A stretch of DNA of 64,000 nucleotides from Desulfuromonas sp. (GCF_002868845.1 NZ_PKUB01000002.1:1037-65036); one strand, 5' to 3'. Counted from the first letter of the stretch, positions 45,869-55,258 are shown. Program-made: numbers and translations. The notes: a model not told the origin generated them from the sequence alone.

Positions 45869-46672
45869 ATGAATCCGACCGAAAACGGAGAAGTCCCGAT
45901 CGGCCCGGAATGGGACGGTCTGCAGTTGCAGGGCAATGCGGACATGGAGCTGCTCGATGCCATCTGCTCCTGCGGATCGATCAACCGGGCGGCGAAAATG
46001 CTGGGGCTGAGCTACAGGGCGGCCTGGGAGAGGATCGACCGGTTGAACAACCTGTCCCGGAAGCCGCTGCTCGAGCGCAGCACCGGCGGCCGGGGCGGTG
46101 GCGGCACACAGCTGACCCGGGCCGGGAAGGAGTTTCTCGAGCGCTACCGGCTGCTGCATCGCGAGTATCAACGCATGCTGTCGCACCTCGAAGGCGGTGC
46201 CGCCCGGGGCCAGAAGAACCTGGCGCTGATGAAGAGGCTGAACATGCAGTTCAGTGCGAGAAATGCCTGGTGTGGAGAGATCCTGGAGATTTCCCAGGGG
46301 CAGGTCAACGCGCAGGTGGCGATATCCCTGCAGGGCCCGGCCGTGCTGAGCGCAATGGTCACCCGGCAGAGCCTGAACAGCCTCGCACTTGCGCCCGGCC
46401 GCGAGGTTCTGGCCCTGGCCAAGGCCTCGTCGGTCATCATTGGCCTCGATTTGCGTCCCGAGCAGGTGGGAGCCCAAAACCTGCTGACCGGGCAGGTGCG
46501 GCGGATCGTTGCGGGACCGGCGCAGGCCGACGTGACCCTTGAGCTGCCGGGGGGGAGCACGGCCAGCGGCGTGGTCAGCCTGGAAGGGTTGGAGTGCCTG
46601 GGACTCGCCGAGGGGGACGAGGCCTGTGCGCTGATCAAGGCCACGGATATTCTGCTGGCGACGGTGCAATGA
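45869..46672 (+). CDS. modE: molybdate-responsive transcriptional regulator ModE
   Basis: 267 aa. wHTH N-terminus (GSINRAAKMLGLSYRAAWERIDRLN...GGRGGGGTQLT.AG) plus two TOBE/Mop-like repeats (SARN...G.V). Confidence 0.85.
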   Translation: MNPTENGEVPIGPEWDGLQLQGNADMELLDAICSCGSINRAAKMLGLSYRAAWERIDRLNNLSRKPLLERSTGGRGGGGTQLTRAGKEFLERYRLLHREYQRMLSHLEGGAARGQKNLALMKRLNMQFSARNAWCGEILEISQGQVNAQVAISLQGPAVLSAMVTRQSLNSLALAPGREVLALAKASSVIIGLDLRPEQVGAQNLLTGQVRRIVAGPAQADVTLELPGGSTASGVVSLEGLECLGLAEGDEACALIKATDILLATVQ

Positions 46673-47727
46673 TGAGACTCGACATCGACCTGGAAAAGAG
46701 ATTGGGGCACTTCGCCTTTAGCGCCCGCTTTGCCGTGGAGGGCCGGCGGATCGGGATCTTCGGCCCCTCGGGCAGCGGCAAATCGACCCTCGGCAACCTT
46801 CTGGCCGGGTTGCTCAGCCCCGACGCCGGAACCATTCTGCTCGATGGCCGCGACCTCTTCAGCAGTGAGCGGCGGGTCAACCTGGCTCCGGAGCGTCGCC
46901 GGGTGGCGGTGGTGTTCCAGCATGCCCACCTCTTTCCCCATCTGAACGTGCGCCGGAATCTGCTCTACGGTTTCCGGCGCACCCCGGCCGACCGGCGCAA
47001 GCTGACGCTCGAGGATGTCGCCACGGCCCTCGACATCAGCCACCTGCTCGGGCGCGGGGTGGGTGAACTGTCGGGCGGAGAAAAGCAGCGGGTGGCCCTG
47101 GGGCGGGCGCTGCTGGCCAGCCCCGACCTGCTGATTCTCGATGAGCCCTTGAGCGCCCTCGACAGGGGCCTGAAGGAACAGATCATCCCCTTTTTGCGCA
47201 AATCCCTGCGGCGCTTCGCCATCCCCTACCTCTACATCTCCCACTCCCTGAGCGAAATGCGCCTGCTGACCGACCAGGTCCTGCTCTTTGCCGACGGCGA
47301 ACTGCAGGAGATTTCCGATGCCGACACCCTGGCCCGCCAGCGGATGACCAGCAGCAGAGGCGGCTACCTGAACCATCTGACGTTAAGCGACCCGCGGGAG
47401 GTCGGCAGCCTGCTCGGCTACCGCTGGGGAGAAAACGAACTGCTGGTGAGCCACCATGACAATCCGCAGGGGGGGCTGTTCGAGCTTTCCAGCAAAGACG
47501 TGGTGCTGTTCAAAAAGCATCCCCACGCCCTATCGGCCAGGAACCTGCTCACAGGAACGATCACCGAACTGATTCCTATGGGCGGGTCGGTGGGGGCGGT
47601 CCTCTCTTGCGGAGGTGAGCGATTGATCGCCCAGGTGGTGCGCGAAGCCGCCCTCGAACTGGGAATGTCCGTCGGCGGGCAGGTCTATGGAGCGATCAAG
47701 GCGTCGGCCTTTCGCCGCCTGGTGTAA
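46669..47727 (+). CDS. modC: molybdate ABC transporter ATP-binding protein
   Basis: 352 aa. Start overlaps the modE stop. Walker A GPSGSGKST, signature LSGGEKQRV, Walker B LLILDEP, and a C-terminal TOBE domain. Confidence 0.85.
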   Translation: MMRLDIDLEKRLGHFAFSARFAVEGRRIGIFGPSGSGKSTLGNLLAGLLSPDAGTILLDGRDLFSSERRVNLAPERRRVAVVFQHAHLFPHLNVRRNLLYGFRRTPADRRKLTLEDVATALDISHLLGRGVGELSGGEKQRVALGRALLASPDLLILDEPLSALDRGLKEQIIPFLRKSLRRFAIPYLYISHSLSEMRLLTDQVLLFADGELQEISDADTLARQRMTSSRGGYLNHLTLSDPREVGSLLGYRWGENELLVSHHDNPQGGLFELSSKDVVLFKKHPHALSARNLLTGTITELIPMGGSVGAVLSCGGERLIAQVVREAALELGMSVGGQVYGAIKASAFRRLV

Positions 47728-47737
47728 ACAATGAAGG

Positions 47738-48502
47738 ATGAGAACGATGAAAAGACTTGGAATTATCGGCTTCGCCCTGGCCCTGACGTTGCTGCTGCCG
47801 TTTGGCCCGGCGCTGGCTGCCGAGGTCCGAATTTCAGCTGCAGGCAGCCTGACCGATGCGATCAAGGAACTGGTCGAGGGTTATCGGCAGTCCCATCCGG
47901 AGGTCGAACTGCTGCCGAATATTGCCGCCTCCGGAGCCCTGGCCAAGCAGATCATTGTCGGTGCGCCCGCCGATATCTTCATCTCGGCCAACCCGAAATG
48001 GATGGAATACCTCCAGCAAAAGGGTTTGATTGCCGCCGGTTCGGAACAGGTGCTGCTGTTTAACAGCCTTGTCTTGGTCGGCCCGCCGGAGAGCAGCGTC
48101 AGGTCCCTGCAGGACCTGCCCGCACTGCAACGCATCGCGCTGGGGAGTCCCCAATCGGTGCCGGCCGGAAAATATACCGAACAGGCCTTGACGGCAGCAG
48201 GGATTTATCCCCAGTTGCTCGCCGAGAGGAAACTGGTTCTGACCAAGGATGTCCGTCAGGCTCTGCTATACGCAGACCGGGGCGAGGTTGGCGGCGCCTT
48301 CGTCTACCGGACCGATGCGCTGCTGGCGAAACAGGCGAGAATTCTCCTTGCCGTTCCGCAGGAACTCTACCCGCGGATAAACTATCCGGCGGCATTGACC
48401 GAAGCCGGCGCAGACAACCCTGCGGCGCAAGCCTTTTTCCGCTTTCTGTTCAGCGCCGAAGCGCAGCGGATTTTCCGCAACCACGGCTTTCTCACACCTT
48501 AA
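47738..48502 (+). CDS. modA: molybdate ABC transporter periplasmic binding protein
   Basis: 254 aa. Signal peptide, then ISAAGSLTDAI, ASGALAKQI..GAPADIFISAN, VPAGKY, and GFVY-like GAFVYRTDA. ATG 47747 is an alternative start. Confidence 0.85.
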   Translation: MRTMKRLGIIGFALALTLLLPFGPALAAEVRISAAGSLTDAIKELVEGYRQSHPEVELLPNIAASGALAKQIIVGAPADIFISANPKWMEYLQQKGLIAAGSEQVLLFNSLVLVGPPESSVRSLQDLPALQRIALGSPQSVPAGKYTEQALTAAGIYPQLLAERKLVLTKDVRQALLYADRGEVGGAFVYRTDALLAKQARILLAVPQELYPRINYPAALTEAGADNPAAQAFFRFLFSAEAQRIFRNHGFLTP

Positions 48503-48513
48503 GGACGGCGGCG

Positions 48514-49200
48514 ATGTTCACCCTTTCTCCAACCGACATCCAGGCCCTGTGGCTGTCGGCGCAGGTCGCGACGGCGGCGACGCTGGTGGCCCTGCCGGCC
48601 GGGTTCGCCATCGCCTGGCTGCTGGTCTTCAGCCGTTTGCCCTGCAAGGCCCTGGTCGATGGGCTGGTGAATCTGCCGCTGGTGCTGCCGCCGGTGGTCG
48701 TCGGTTACCTGCTGCTGCTCCTCCTGGGGCGGCAGGGCCCGCTGGGGGCACTGCTGAATTCCCTCGGCATCCAGATGATTTTCACCTGGAAGGCCGCTGT
48801 GGTCGCCTGCGCGGTCATCGGCCTGCCGCTGATGGTGCGCTCGATCCGCCTTGGGATGGAGCAGATCGATCCCCACCTGCTCCATGCCTCGCGCACCCTC
48901 GGCGCCGGCTGGTTCGACACCATGCGCTCGGTGGTGCTCCCCCTGACCGTCCCCTCCCTGGTGGCCGGCGCCACCCTCTGCTTCGCCCGCAGCCTCGGGG
49001 AGTTCGGCGCCACGATCATCCTCGCCGGCAACATCCCCGGCGTCACCCAGACCATCCCCCTGGCCATCTACGACTACACCAACACGCCCGGAGGCGAGGC
49101 CGGGGCCCTCTCCCTGTGCCTGGTATCGATCGTCCTGTCCTACGTCGTCCTGCTTTTCAACGAGGCGGCGCTGCGGCGCTTTCGCAAAACGAACGGTTAA
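48514..49200 (+). CDS. modB: molybdate ABC transporter permease
   Basis: 228 aa. Five TM segments and the EAA-type loop (LHASRTLGAGWFDTMRSVVLPL...ARSLGEFGAT). Confidence 0.9.
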   Translation: MFTLSPTDIQALWLSAQVATAATLVALPAGFAIAWLLVFSRLPCKALVDGLVNLPLVLPPVVVGYLLLLLLGRQGPLGALLNSLGIQMIFTWKAAVVACAVIGLPLMVRSIRLGMEQIDPHLLHASRTLGAGWFDTMRSVVLPLTVPSLVAGATLCFARSLGEFGATIILAGNIPGVTQTIPLAIYDYTNTPGGEAGALSLCLVSIVLSYVVLLFNEAALRRFRKTNG

Positions 49201-49455
49201 ATCTGACCCTTGATTGCTGACAGTGCTTGCGACCGGGCAGCCAAGATTTGCTCTTCCAGGACTTGAAATGGTTTCGGCGAAAGGTGACTTTGAATTCCCC
49301 CTCTCTCCGCCGCCGGAGCGGAGCGGGCGTTTCGGGAAAGAGGCGGGCAAATGTTTCAGCGAAGCGAGTTTTTGCCCGCCCCCGAGACGCCTGCGGAGCG
49401 GAGGGAACCCGCCATCGCCATTGGCGATAGCGGGCTAGGTGATGGTGGCGCCCTG

Positions 49456-49513
49456 GGGTCCAGGGGATTGGGCGAGCAATCCCCGGTCGCCTGCGGGGGC
49501 GAGTCCCCGCAAC
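49456..49513 (+). repeat. REP-like dual-hairpin element, copy B
   Basis: GGGTCCAGGGGATTGGGCGAGCAATCCCC-GGTCGCCTGCGGGGGCGAGTCCCCGCAAC. It differs from copy A (10970..11028) by 2 substitutions and a 1-nt deletion. Confidence 0.8.
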
Positions 49514-49598
49514 ACGCCAGAAGAGATGCAAGAACATAACGTCTCCCGGAGAGGCCCTGATGAGCCCTATTTTTTCCGCCCTCCAACAGTCCTCCCAA

Positions 49599-49638
49599 AG
49601 AGAAGAGGGCGGAACCTTCCGGCCCCGCCCTCTTCTCT
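49599..49638 (-). terminator. hairpin/terminator downstream of the enoyl-CoA hydratase gene
   Basis: 14-bp stem AGAGAAGAGGGCGG / CCGCCCTCTTCTCT. Only a short U-tract on the minus strand. Confidence 0.5.
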
Positions 49639-49654
49639 CCAAACAACCCCATTT

Positions 49655-50437
49655 TCAGCGATGGCGGAACTTCGGCGGCCGCTTCTCCTGAAAAGCCTGC
49701 ATCCCCTCCTTCTGGTCCTCGGTGGCGAAGCACAGGGCAAAGAGGTCGGCCTCGTGGAGGTTGGCCCGCTCCAGGTCCATCTCCAGCCCCTCGCGCACCG
49801 CCTCCCGGGCCAGCCGCACCGAGACCTGCCCCTTCTCGGCGATGGTCCGGGCCAGCCGCCGCGCCTCCTCCAGCAGCTCGCCGGGCGGAACCACCCGTTT
49901 GACCAGACCGATGCGATAAGCCTCGGCGGCGTCGATCATCTCGCCGGTGAGGATCATTTCCAGGGCCCGCCCCCGGCCGACCAGGCGGGGCAGGCGCTGG
50001 GTCCCCCCCCAGCCGGGGATGATGCCGATCTTGACCTCCGGCTGTCCGAAACGGGCCGTCTCGCTGGCGATGCGCAGGTCGCAGGCCATGGCCAGCTCGC
50101 ATCCGCCGCCGAGGGCGTAGCCGTTGACCGCGGCGATGACCGGCTTGCTGCCCCCCTCGATGCGATTCAGCACCCCCTGGGCGAGCAGGGCGCTGCGCCG
50201 CGCCTCGAGAGCTCCGAGCGGCTGCATGGCGAAGATGTCCCCCCCGGCGACGAAGGCCTTCTCGCCGGCGCCGGTGAGGACCACGGCGTGGATCGCCTCG
50301 TCGGCCTCCAGCCCGCCCATGGCGTGTCCGAGTTCCTCGAGGGTCGCCTCGTCGAGGGCGTTGAGAGTGGCGGGGCGGTTGATGGTGAGGGTGGCGACCC
50401 TCTCCTCGATCTCCACGAGCAGGTTCTTAAAGGGCAT
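49655..50437 (-). CDS. enoyl-CoA hydratase/isomerase (crotonase family)
   Basis: ATG 50437 follows AAGGAGAAA. ATLTINRPATLNAL, VVLTGAGEKAFVAGGDI, AAVNGYALGGGCELAMACD, GQPEVKIGIIPGWGGTQRL. Confidence 0.9.
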   Translation of the reverse strand: MPFKNLLVEIEERVATLTINRPATLNALDEATLEELGHAMGGLEADEAIHAVVLTGAGEKAFVAGGDIFAMQPLGALEARRSALLAQGVLNRIEGGSKPVIAAVNGYALGGGCELAMACDLRIASETARFGQPEVKIGIIPGWGGTQRLPRLVGRGRALEMILTGEMIDAAEAYRIGLVKRVVPPGELLEEARRLARTIAEKGQVSVRLAREAVREGLEMDLERANLHEADLFALCFATEDQKEGMQAFQEKRPPKFRHR

Positions 50438-50454
50438 GGTTTTCTCCTTTGCCG

Positions 50455-51453
50455 TCAGGCCTTCAGGTTGACCACCGTCCGGCCGCGCAGCTGGCCTTTC
50501 AGGATGGCCTGGATCTTCTCCTCGAGTCCCTCCAGGGAGCACTCGGAGGCGACCTCCTCCAGGCCCCCGGGATTCCACGGCCCGGCGAGCCGTTTCCACA
50601 ACTCGAGGCGCGGCTCCATCGGGCACTGCACCGAATCGACCCCGTGCAGGCTGACCCCGCGAAGGATAAAGGGGTAGACGTTGAGGGGCAGGTCGGGGGA
50701 GCCGACCAGGCCGCAGCAGGTCACCGCCCCGCCGTAGCGGGTCGCCTTGATCGCCGCGGCGAGGGTGTCGCCCCCGACGCAGTCGACCACCCCGGCCCAG
50801 CGCTCTCTCATCATCGGCTTCTCGGCACCCTCCAGGACCGCCTCGCGCCCGACCACATCGGTGGCCCCGAGTCCTTTGAGGAAATCGGCCTCGGAAGCCT
50901 TGCCCGTTGCGGCGGTCACCCGGTAACCGCACTTGGCGAGGATCGCCACCGCCAGGGAGCCGACACCCCCCGTGGCGCCGGTGACGAGGATCTCGCCGTC
51001 CCCCGGCATCACCCCGGCCTGCTCCAGTTTGAACACGGCAAGGGCGGCGGTGAAGCCGGCGGTGCCAAGGATCATGCTCTCGCGCAGGGAAAGACCATCG
51101 GGGAGACGCACCGCCCAGGCCGAGGGGATGCGGATCAGCCCGCCGAAGCCGCCGTCGGTCTCCATGCCGAGGTCGAAGCCGGTGACGATCACCTCGTCGC
51201 CGGGAGCGAACGCGCCGCTGTCGCAGCTGACCACGGTGCCGGCAGCGTCGATGCCGGGGGTGTGGGGGAACTTGCGGGTCACCCCGGGGTGGCCGGTGGC
51301 CGAGAGGGCATCCTTGAAATTGAGGGAGGAGTAGGCGACCCGGACGACAAGGTCCCCCTCGGGCAGGTCGTCCAGGCTGCGGGTTGTCAGCCGGCGGGTG
51401 AATGTCTTCGGTTCGCTCTTCTCGACCAGCAGGGCGGTGAAGGTCTCGGCCAT
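50455..51453 (-). CDS. YhdH/AcuI-family NADPH-dependent oxidoreductase (acrylyl-CoA reductase-like)
   Basis: 332 aa. VAYSSLNFKDALS, PGIDAAGTV, ILVTGATGGVGSLAV. A zinc-free MDR pattern. Confidence 0.82.
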   Translation of the reverse strand: MAETFTALLVEKSEPKTFTRRLTTRSLDDLPEGDLVVRVAYSSLNFKDALSATGHPGVTRKFPHTPGIDAAGTVVSCDSGAFAPGDEVIVTGFDLGMETDGGFGGLIRIPSAWAVRLPDGLSLRESMILGTAGFTAALAVFKLEQAGVMPGDGEILVTGATGGVGSLAVAILAKCGYRVTAATGKASEADFLKGLGATDVVGREAVLEGAEKPMMRERWAGVVDCVGGDTLAAAIKATRYGGAVTCCGLVGSPDLPLNVYPFILRGVSLHGVDSVQCPMEPRLELWKRLAGPWNPGGLEEVASECSLEGLEEKIQAILKGQLRGRTVVNLKA

Positions 51454-51610
51454 GTTTCGCTCCTCTTCTCGTCTGTGGGATTTCGGGCCCCGGGACGCTG
51501 CCCGGCGGATTTCTCCTTGCCAATTATAACGCAGGGCCTATAATATCAAGCACTATCCGAAAGACAAGTACTTACCTTTTTGTGCTGTAGTACCCAAAAG
51601 GAAACTATGC

Positions 51611-51955
51611 ATGAAACCTGAGCCTGCCGAGCAAATCGAGAGCCCCGCCCCCGCCTACCGCTGCGGAGTGGAACTGACCCTGGAGGCGATCGGCGGCAAG
51701 TGGAAAGGGGTGATCCTCTGGCACCTGCTCCACAAGACCCTGCGTTTCAGCCAGCTTCAGCTGCGCCTGCCGGGGGTGACCCAGAAGATGCTGACCCAGC
51801 AGCTGCGGGAACTGGAACGGGACGGACTGGTCCACCGGGAGGTCTATGCCGAGGTGCCGCCCCGGGTCGAATACTCCCTTACATCGGAGGGGGAGACCCT
51901 GCGCCCCCTGCTGTCCCTGATGTGCGAGTGGGGCCGCGGCCGCGCCGAGGAATAG
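51611..51955 (+). CDS. HxlR-family transcriptional regulator
   Basis: 114 aa. [29 protein letters not shown]...[36 protein letters not shown]. Divergent from the oxidoreductase operon. Confidence 0.88.
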   Translation: MKPEPAEQIESPAPAYRCGVELTLEAIGGKWKGVILWHLLHKTLRFSQLQLRLPGVTQKMLTQQLRELERDGLVHREVYAEVPPRVEYSLTSEGETLRPLLSLMCEWGRGRAEE

Positions 51956-51972
51956 GCCTGCCGGGAAAAGGT

Positions 51973-53019
51973 TCAGGAGCCGCCTGCAACGAGGGGCAGG
52001 AGGTTGCCGGGATCGACGTGGGAAAGAGACGCGACCCGGCGCAGGACCGCGAGGAACTCGCCGTGCTCGGGGTGGCCGAGCCGGTGCACCGCCCGCCTGC
52101 CGAACTCCTCCCGGGAGAAGGTTCCCCAGTTGACGAGCCGGCTGAAGTAGACCGCGGCGCCGAAGCGGCGCGCCAACTCGGCGAAAGCCGGCATCTCCCG
52201 GAAGTTGTCGGCCTGCACCACGAAGCTGAGCTTCAGGTCAAGCGGCAGGGAGGCGACATAGGAGAGGTTGCGCAGGAGGCGGGGGAAATCCCCGCCTTTT
52301 CTGATGGCGGCGTAGGTTTCTGAGGTGGCGGCGTCGACCGAGATCTCGGCGGCGCGCACATAGGGGTGGACCGCCTCCATGCTCCGCCACATGGCCGCGT
52401 CCCACAGCAACCCGTTGGTGTGCAGCTCGATGCGCTCCAGGGCGGGAAAATCCTCCGCCCGAACCGAGCGCAGCAGGTCCCGGTAGAGGGGGCTGGCGAA
52501 GGGGTCGCCGGTGCCGCTGAGAACGATCGCCGCCGCCCCCGGGAAGACCTCCGCCCGGAGGGTCTCCAGAATCCGCGCCGCCCGCGCTCCCTCCTCGCCT
52601 CCTGCGAGGTAGGGCGCAACCCGGCAGGTGGGGCAGGCCAGGTTGCAGGAGCGATCGAAGCAGAGGTTGAGGACCCGGGGACCGTAGTCGAGGACCGATT
52701 CCCCCTGCCGCAGGGCGGTGCCGACGGGGCCGCGGGGCACCCCGGCGAGGGACTGCACCGGGCCGGTGCCGGTGGCGAGGCGCGGGCAGCGCCTGCGGCT
52801 GCAGTTGTGGAAGGTTCCGTTGAGAACCGCCTTGCGCAGCTCCCGGGCGCGGGGCCCGTTCCAGATCTCAGGGGCGGGCTCCTCCAGCAGGTTGCCGACG
52901 GGCCGGGGCAGCCAGGCCGGGCAGCAGAGGAAGACCTCCCCCCCCGGGTGGACCTCGAACCACTCGAAGGGACGGGTGCAGACAGTGCGCTCGCCGGGCT
53001 GATACGCCTTGCTCATCAT
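51973..53019 (-). CDS. radical SAM protein with an N-terminal Cys-rich (SPASM-like) segment
   Basis: 348 aa. The CNLACPTC radical SAM motif is at about residue 125. It is preceded by CTRPF...VFLCCPAW...FHNCSRRRCP. Confidence 0.72.
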   Translation of the reverse strand: MMSKAYQPGERTVCTRPFEWFEVHPGGEVFLCCPAWLPRPVGNLLEEPAPEIWNGPRARELRKAVLNGTFHNCSRRRCPRLATGTGPVQSLAGVPRGPVGTALRQGESVLDYGPRVLNLCFDRSCNLACPTCRVAPYLAGGEEGARAARILETLRAEVFPGAAAIVLSGTGDPFASPLYRDLLRSVRAEDFPALERIELHTNGLLWDAAMWRSMEAVHPYVRAAEISVDAATSETYAAIRKGGDFPRLLRNLSYVASLPLDLKLSFVVQADNFREMPAFAELARRFGAAVYFSRLVNWGTFSREEFGRRAVHRLGHPEHGEFLAVLRRVASLSHVDPGNLLPLVAGGS

Positions 53020-53126
53020 GGTCTCCGACCTTCCGGGGCAGGACCTCCCGACCCCGGTCTGGCCGACAGCTTACCCCAAAACGGGCCTGGGCGGAAGGCT
53101 CACGCCGAACCGGGAGGAAGAACCCC

Positions 53127-53155
53127 TTGACACCCCCCGACGACTCGGCTATCGT
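53127..53155 (+). promoter_or_regulatory. sigma-70-type promoter of the ilvB leader
   Basis: TTGACA (53127-53132), a 17-nt spacer, TATCGT (53150-53155). Confidence 0.55.
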
Positions 53156-53176
53156 TGCCCGAAAGGAGAAAAGACC

Positions 53177-53233
53177 TTGATCCGTTCCCTTTCCCACAAT
53201 CCGACCCTGGTCGTCGTAGTCGTCGTAACCTGA
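53177..53233 (+). CDS. Val-rich ilv leader peptide (18 aa)
   Basis: RBS GAAAGGAGAA, then TTG 53177. (M)IRSLSHNPTLVVVVVVT*, with six consecutive Val codons (GTC GTC GTA GTC GTC GTA). Confidence 0.7.
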   Translation: MIRSLSHNPTLVVVVVVT

Positions 53234-53276
53234 CGGCTCGCGGCCTCCTCGGTCTGTTCCAAGACATAGAACGACA

Positions 53277-53312
53277 GGGAGCGCGGGCACCAACCCCGCG
53301 CTCCCTTTTTTT
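53277..53312 (+). terminator. attenuator terminator in the ilvB leader
   Basis: GGGAGCGCGGG-CACCAA-CCCCGCGCTCCC followed by T7. Confidence 0.8.
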
Positions 53313-53316
53313 ATCC

Positions 53317-53354
53317 AAAAAAAAGGCCGCGGGGGCATCCCCCGCGGCCTTTTT
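53317..53354. terminator. second, bidirectional-looking hairpin in the ilvB leader
   Basis: A8-GGCCGCGGGGG-CAT-CCCCCGCGGCC-TTTTT. Confidence 0.65.
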
Positions 53355-53453
53355 CTCTCTGGGCGTTTGGGAAACGACGGTGCGACTGCTTTTTACGTTT
53401 GGACAGCCTTGATGAACGCAGGAATAACCCAACAACACAGAAGGAGGGAAACA

Positions 53454-55136
53454 ATGAAGACCGGAGCCCAGATCCTGCTCGAGTGCCTGACGAAGGAGGG
53501 GGTGGACACCATCTTCGGCTACCCCGGCGCCCGCACCCTGCTGGTGCACGACGCCCTGCACGGCAACGAAGACTTCCGCCACGTCCTGGTGCGCCACGAA
53601 CAGGGGGCGGCCCACGCCGCCGACGGCTACGCCCGCACCACGGGCCGGGTCGGGGTGTGCCTGACCACCTCGGGACCGGGGGCGACCAATCTGGTGACCG
53701 GCATCGCCACCGCCTACATGGACTCGGTTCCGATGGTCGCCCTGACCTGCCAGGTGACCACCGCCGACATCGGCAACGACGCCTTCCAGGAGGCGGACAT
53801 GACCGGCATCACCCGGCCGATCACCAAGCACAACTACATCGTCACCGACGTCGACGACCTGGCGCGCATCGTCCGCGAGGCCTTTCACGTCGCCCGCACC
53901 CGCAGGCCCGGGCCGGTGCTTGTCGATCTGCCGAGCGACGTGCTGGCGGCCGCAACCGACAAACCGATTCCCGAGTCGGTCGCGCGGCGCGGCTACCAAG
54001 AGGTGCCGGCCCTCAACAAAAAACAGCTGAAGCGGGCGGCCGGGATCATCAACGGGGCGAAGCGGCCGCTGATCTACGCCGGCGGCGGGGTGGTCATGGC
54101 CGAGGCCGTAGAGGCGCTGCGCTCCGTCGCCGGAAAGGGGAACATCCCGGTGACCCACACCCTGATGGCGATCGGCGCGATGGACCACGCCTCGCCCCTG
54201 TCGATCGGCATGCTCGGCATGTACGGGGCCTTCTACGCCAACATGGCGGTGAGCGAGTGCGACTGCCTGATCGCGGTCGGCGCCCGCTTCGACGACCGGG
54301 TGGCGGGACGGGTGGACGCCTTCGCCCCCAAGGCGCGCATCGTCCACATCGACATCGACCCCTCGAGCATCCGCAAGAACGTGCAGGTCGAGGTGCCGAT
54401 CGTCGGCGACGCCCGCCAGGCCCTGGAGGGACTGCTCGGGCTGGTCGAGGAGCGCGACCGCGGCCCCTGGCTGGAGGAGATCCAGGAGTGGCGAAAGGAG
54501 TTCCCGCTGCCGGCCCCTCAAAGCCCCGACCTGATGCCCCACGAGGTGATCGAAGCGATCAGGAACGTGGCGGGGGAGGCCCCCCTCATCGCCTCGGACG
54601 TGGGCCTGTCGCAGATGTGGACGGCCAACTACTTCGGCTTCTCCGGGGCCCGCCAGTACATCACCAGCGGCGGCCTCGGCACCATGGGTTACGCCCTGCC
54701 GGCGGCCGTCGGGGCCGCCCTCGGCAACCCCGGGCGGCCTGTCATTGCCATCAACGGCGACGGCGCCTTCCAGATGAACGTGCAGGAACTGGCCACCTGC
54801 GCCCATTACGGCCTGCCGGTCAAGACGATCATCCTCAACAACGGCAAGCTCGGCATGGTGCGCCAGTTCCAGAAGGTCTTCCTCAAGGAGCGCTTCGCCG
54901 CCACCTGCCTCGGGCCAGGCGTCGACTTCTGCACCGTGGCCCGGGGCTTCGGCGTCCAGGCCTTCAAGGTGGAACGCAAGGCGGACCTGCAGGGCACCCT
55001 CGCCCGGGCGATGGCCGCGCCGGGGCCGGCGGTCATCGACGTGGACATCGACCCCTACTGCTACTGCTTCCCGATGGTCCCGCCGGGAAAAAAGGCGACC
55101 GAGGCGATCTTCTGCGCCGAGGACTGGGAGGGATAG
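53454..55136 (+). CDS. ilvB: acetolactate synthase large (catalytic) subunit
   Basis: 560 aa after GAAGGAGGGAA. GAQILLECLTKEGVDTIFGYPG, HEQGAAHAADGYAR, TSGPGATNLVTGIATAY, and the ThDP motif GLGTMGYALPAAVGA...NGDGAFQMN. Confidence 0.9.
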   Translation: MKTGAQILLECLTKEGVDTIFGYPGARTLLVHDALHGNEDFRHVLVRHEQGAAHAADGYARTTGRVGVCLTTSGPGATNLVTGIATAYMDSVPMVALTCQVTTADIGNDAFQEADMTGITRPITKHNYIVTDVDDLARIVREAFHVARTRRPGPVLVDLPSDVLAAATDKPIPESVARRGYQEVPALNKKQLKRAAGIINGAKRPLIYAGGGVVMAEAVEALRSVAGKGNIPVTHTLMAIGAMDHASPLSIGMLGMYGAFYANMAVSECDCLIAVGARFDDRVAGRVDAFAPKARIVHIDIDPSSIRKNVQVEVPIVGDARQALEGLLGLVEERDRGPWLEEIQEWRKEFPLPAPQSPDLMPHEVIEAIRNVAGEAPLIASDVGLSQMWTANYFGFSGARQYITSGGLGTMGYALPAAVGAALGNPGRPVIAINGDGAFQMNVQELATCAHYGLPVKTIILNNGKLGMVRQFQKVFLKERFAATCLGPGVDFCTVARGFGVQAFKVERKADLQGTLARAMAAPGPAVIDVDIDPYCYCFPMVPPGKKATEAIFCAEDWEG

Positions 55137-55142
55137 AAAGGG

Positions 55143-55174
55143 AAAAGGGGACAGGCTTCGTCCTGTCCCCTTTT
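55143..55174 (+). terminator. intrinsic terminator after ilvB
   Basis: AAAAGGGGACAGG-CTTCGT-CCTGTCCCCTTTT. Confidence 0.8.
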
Positions 55175-55258
55175 CCAGGGTTCTCGGTAATCTCCGGGAG
55201 GGGATCGGGAAAGAAAGAATGGAATCAGCCCTCTCTATTTTCCAGCTCGGCCGGCTCC

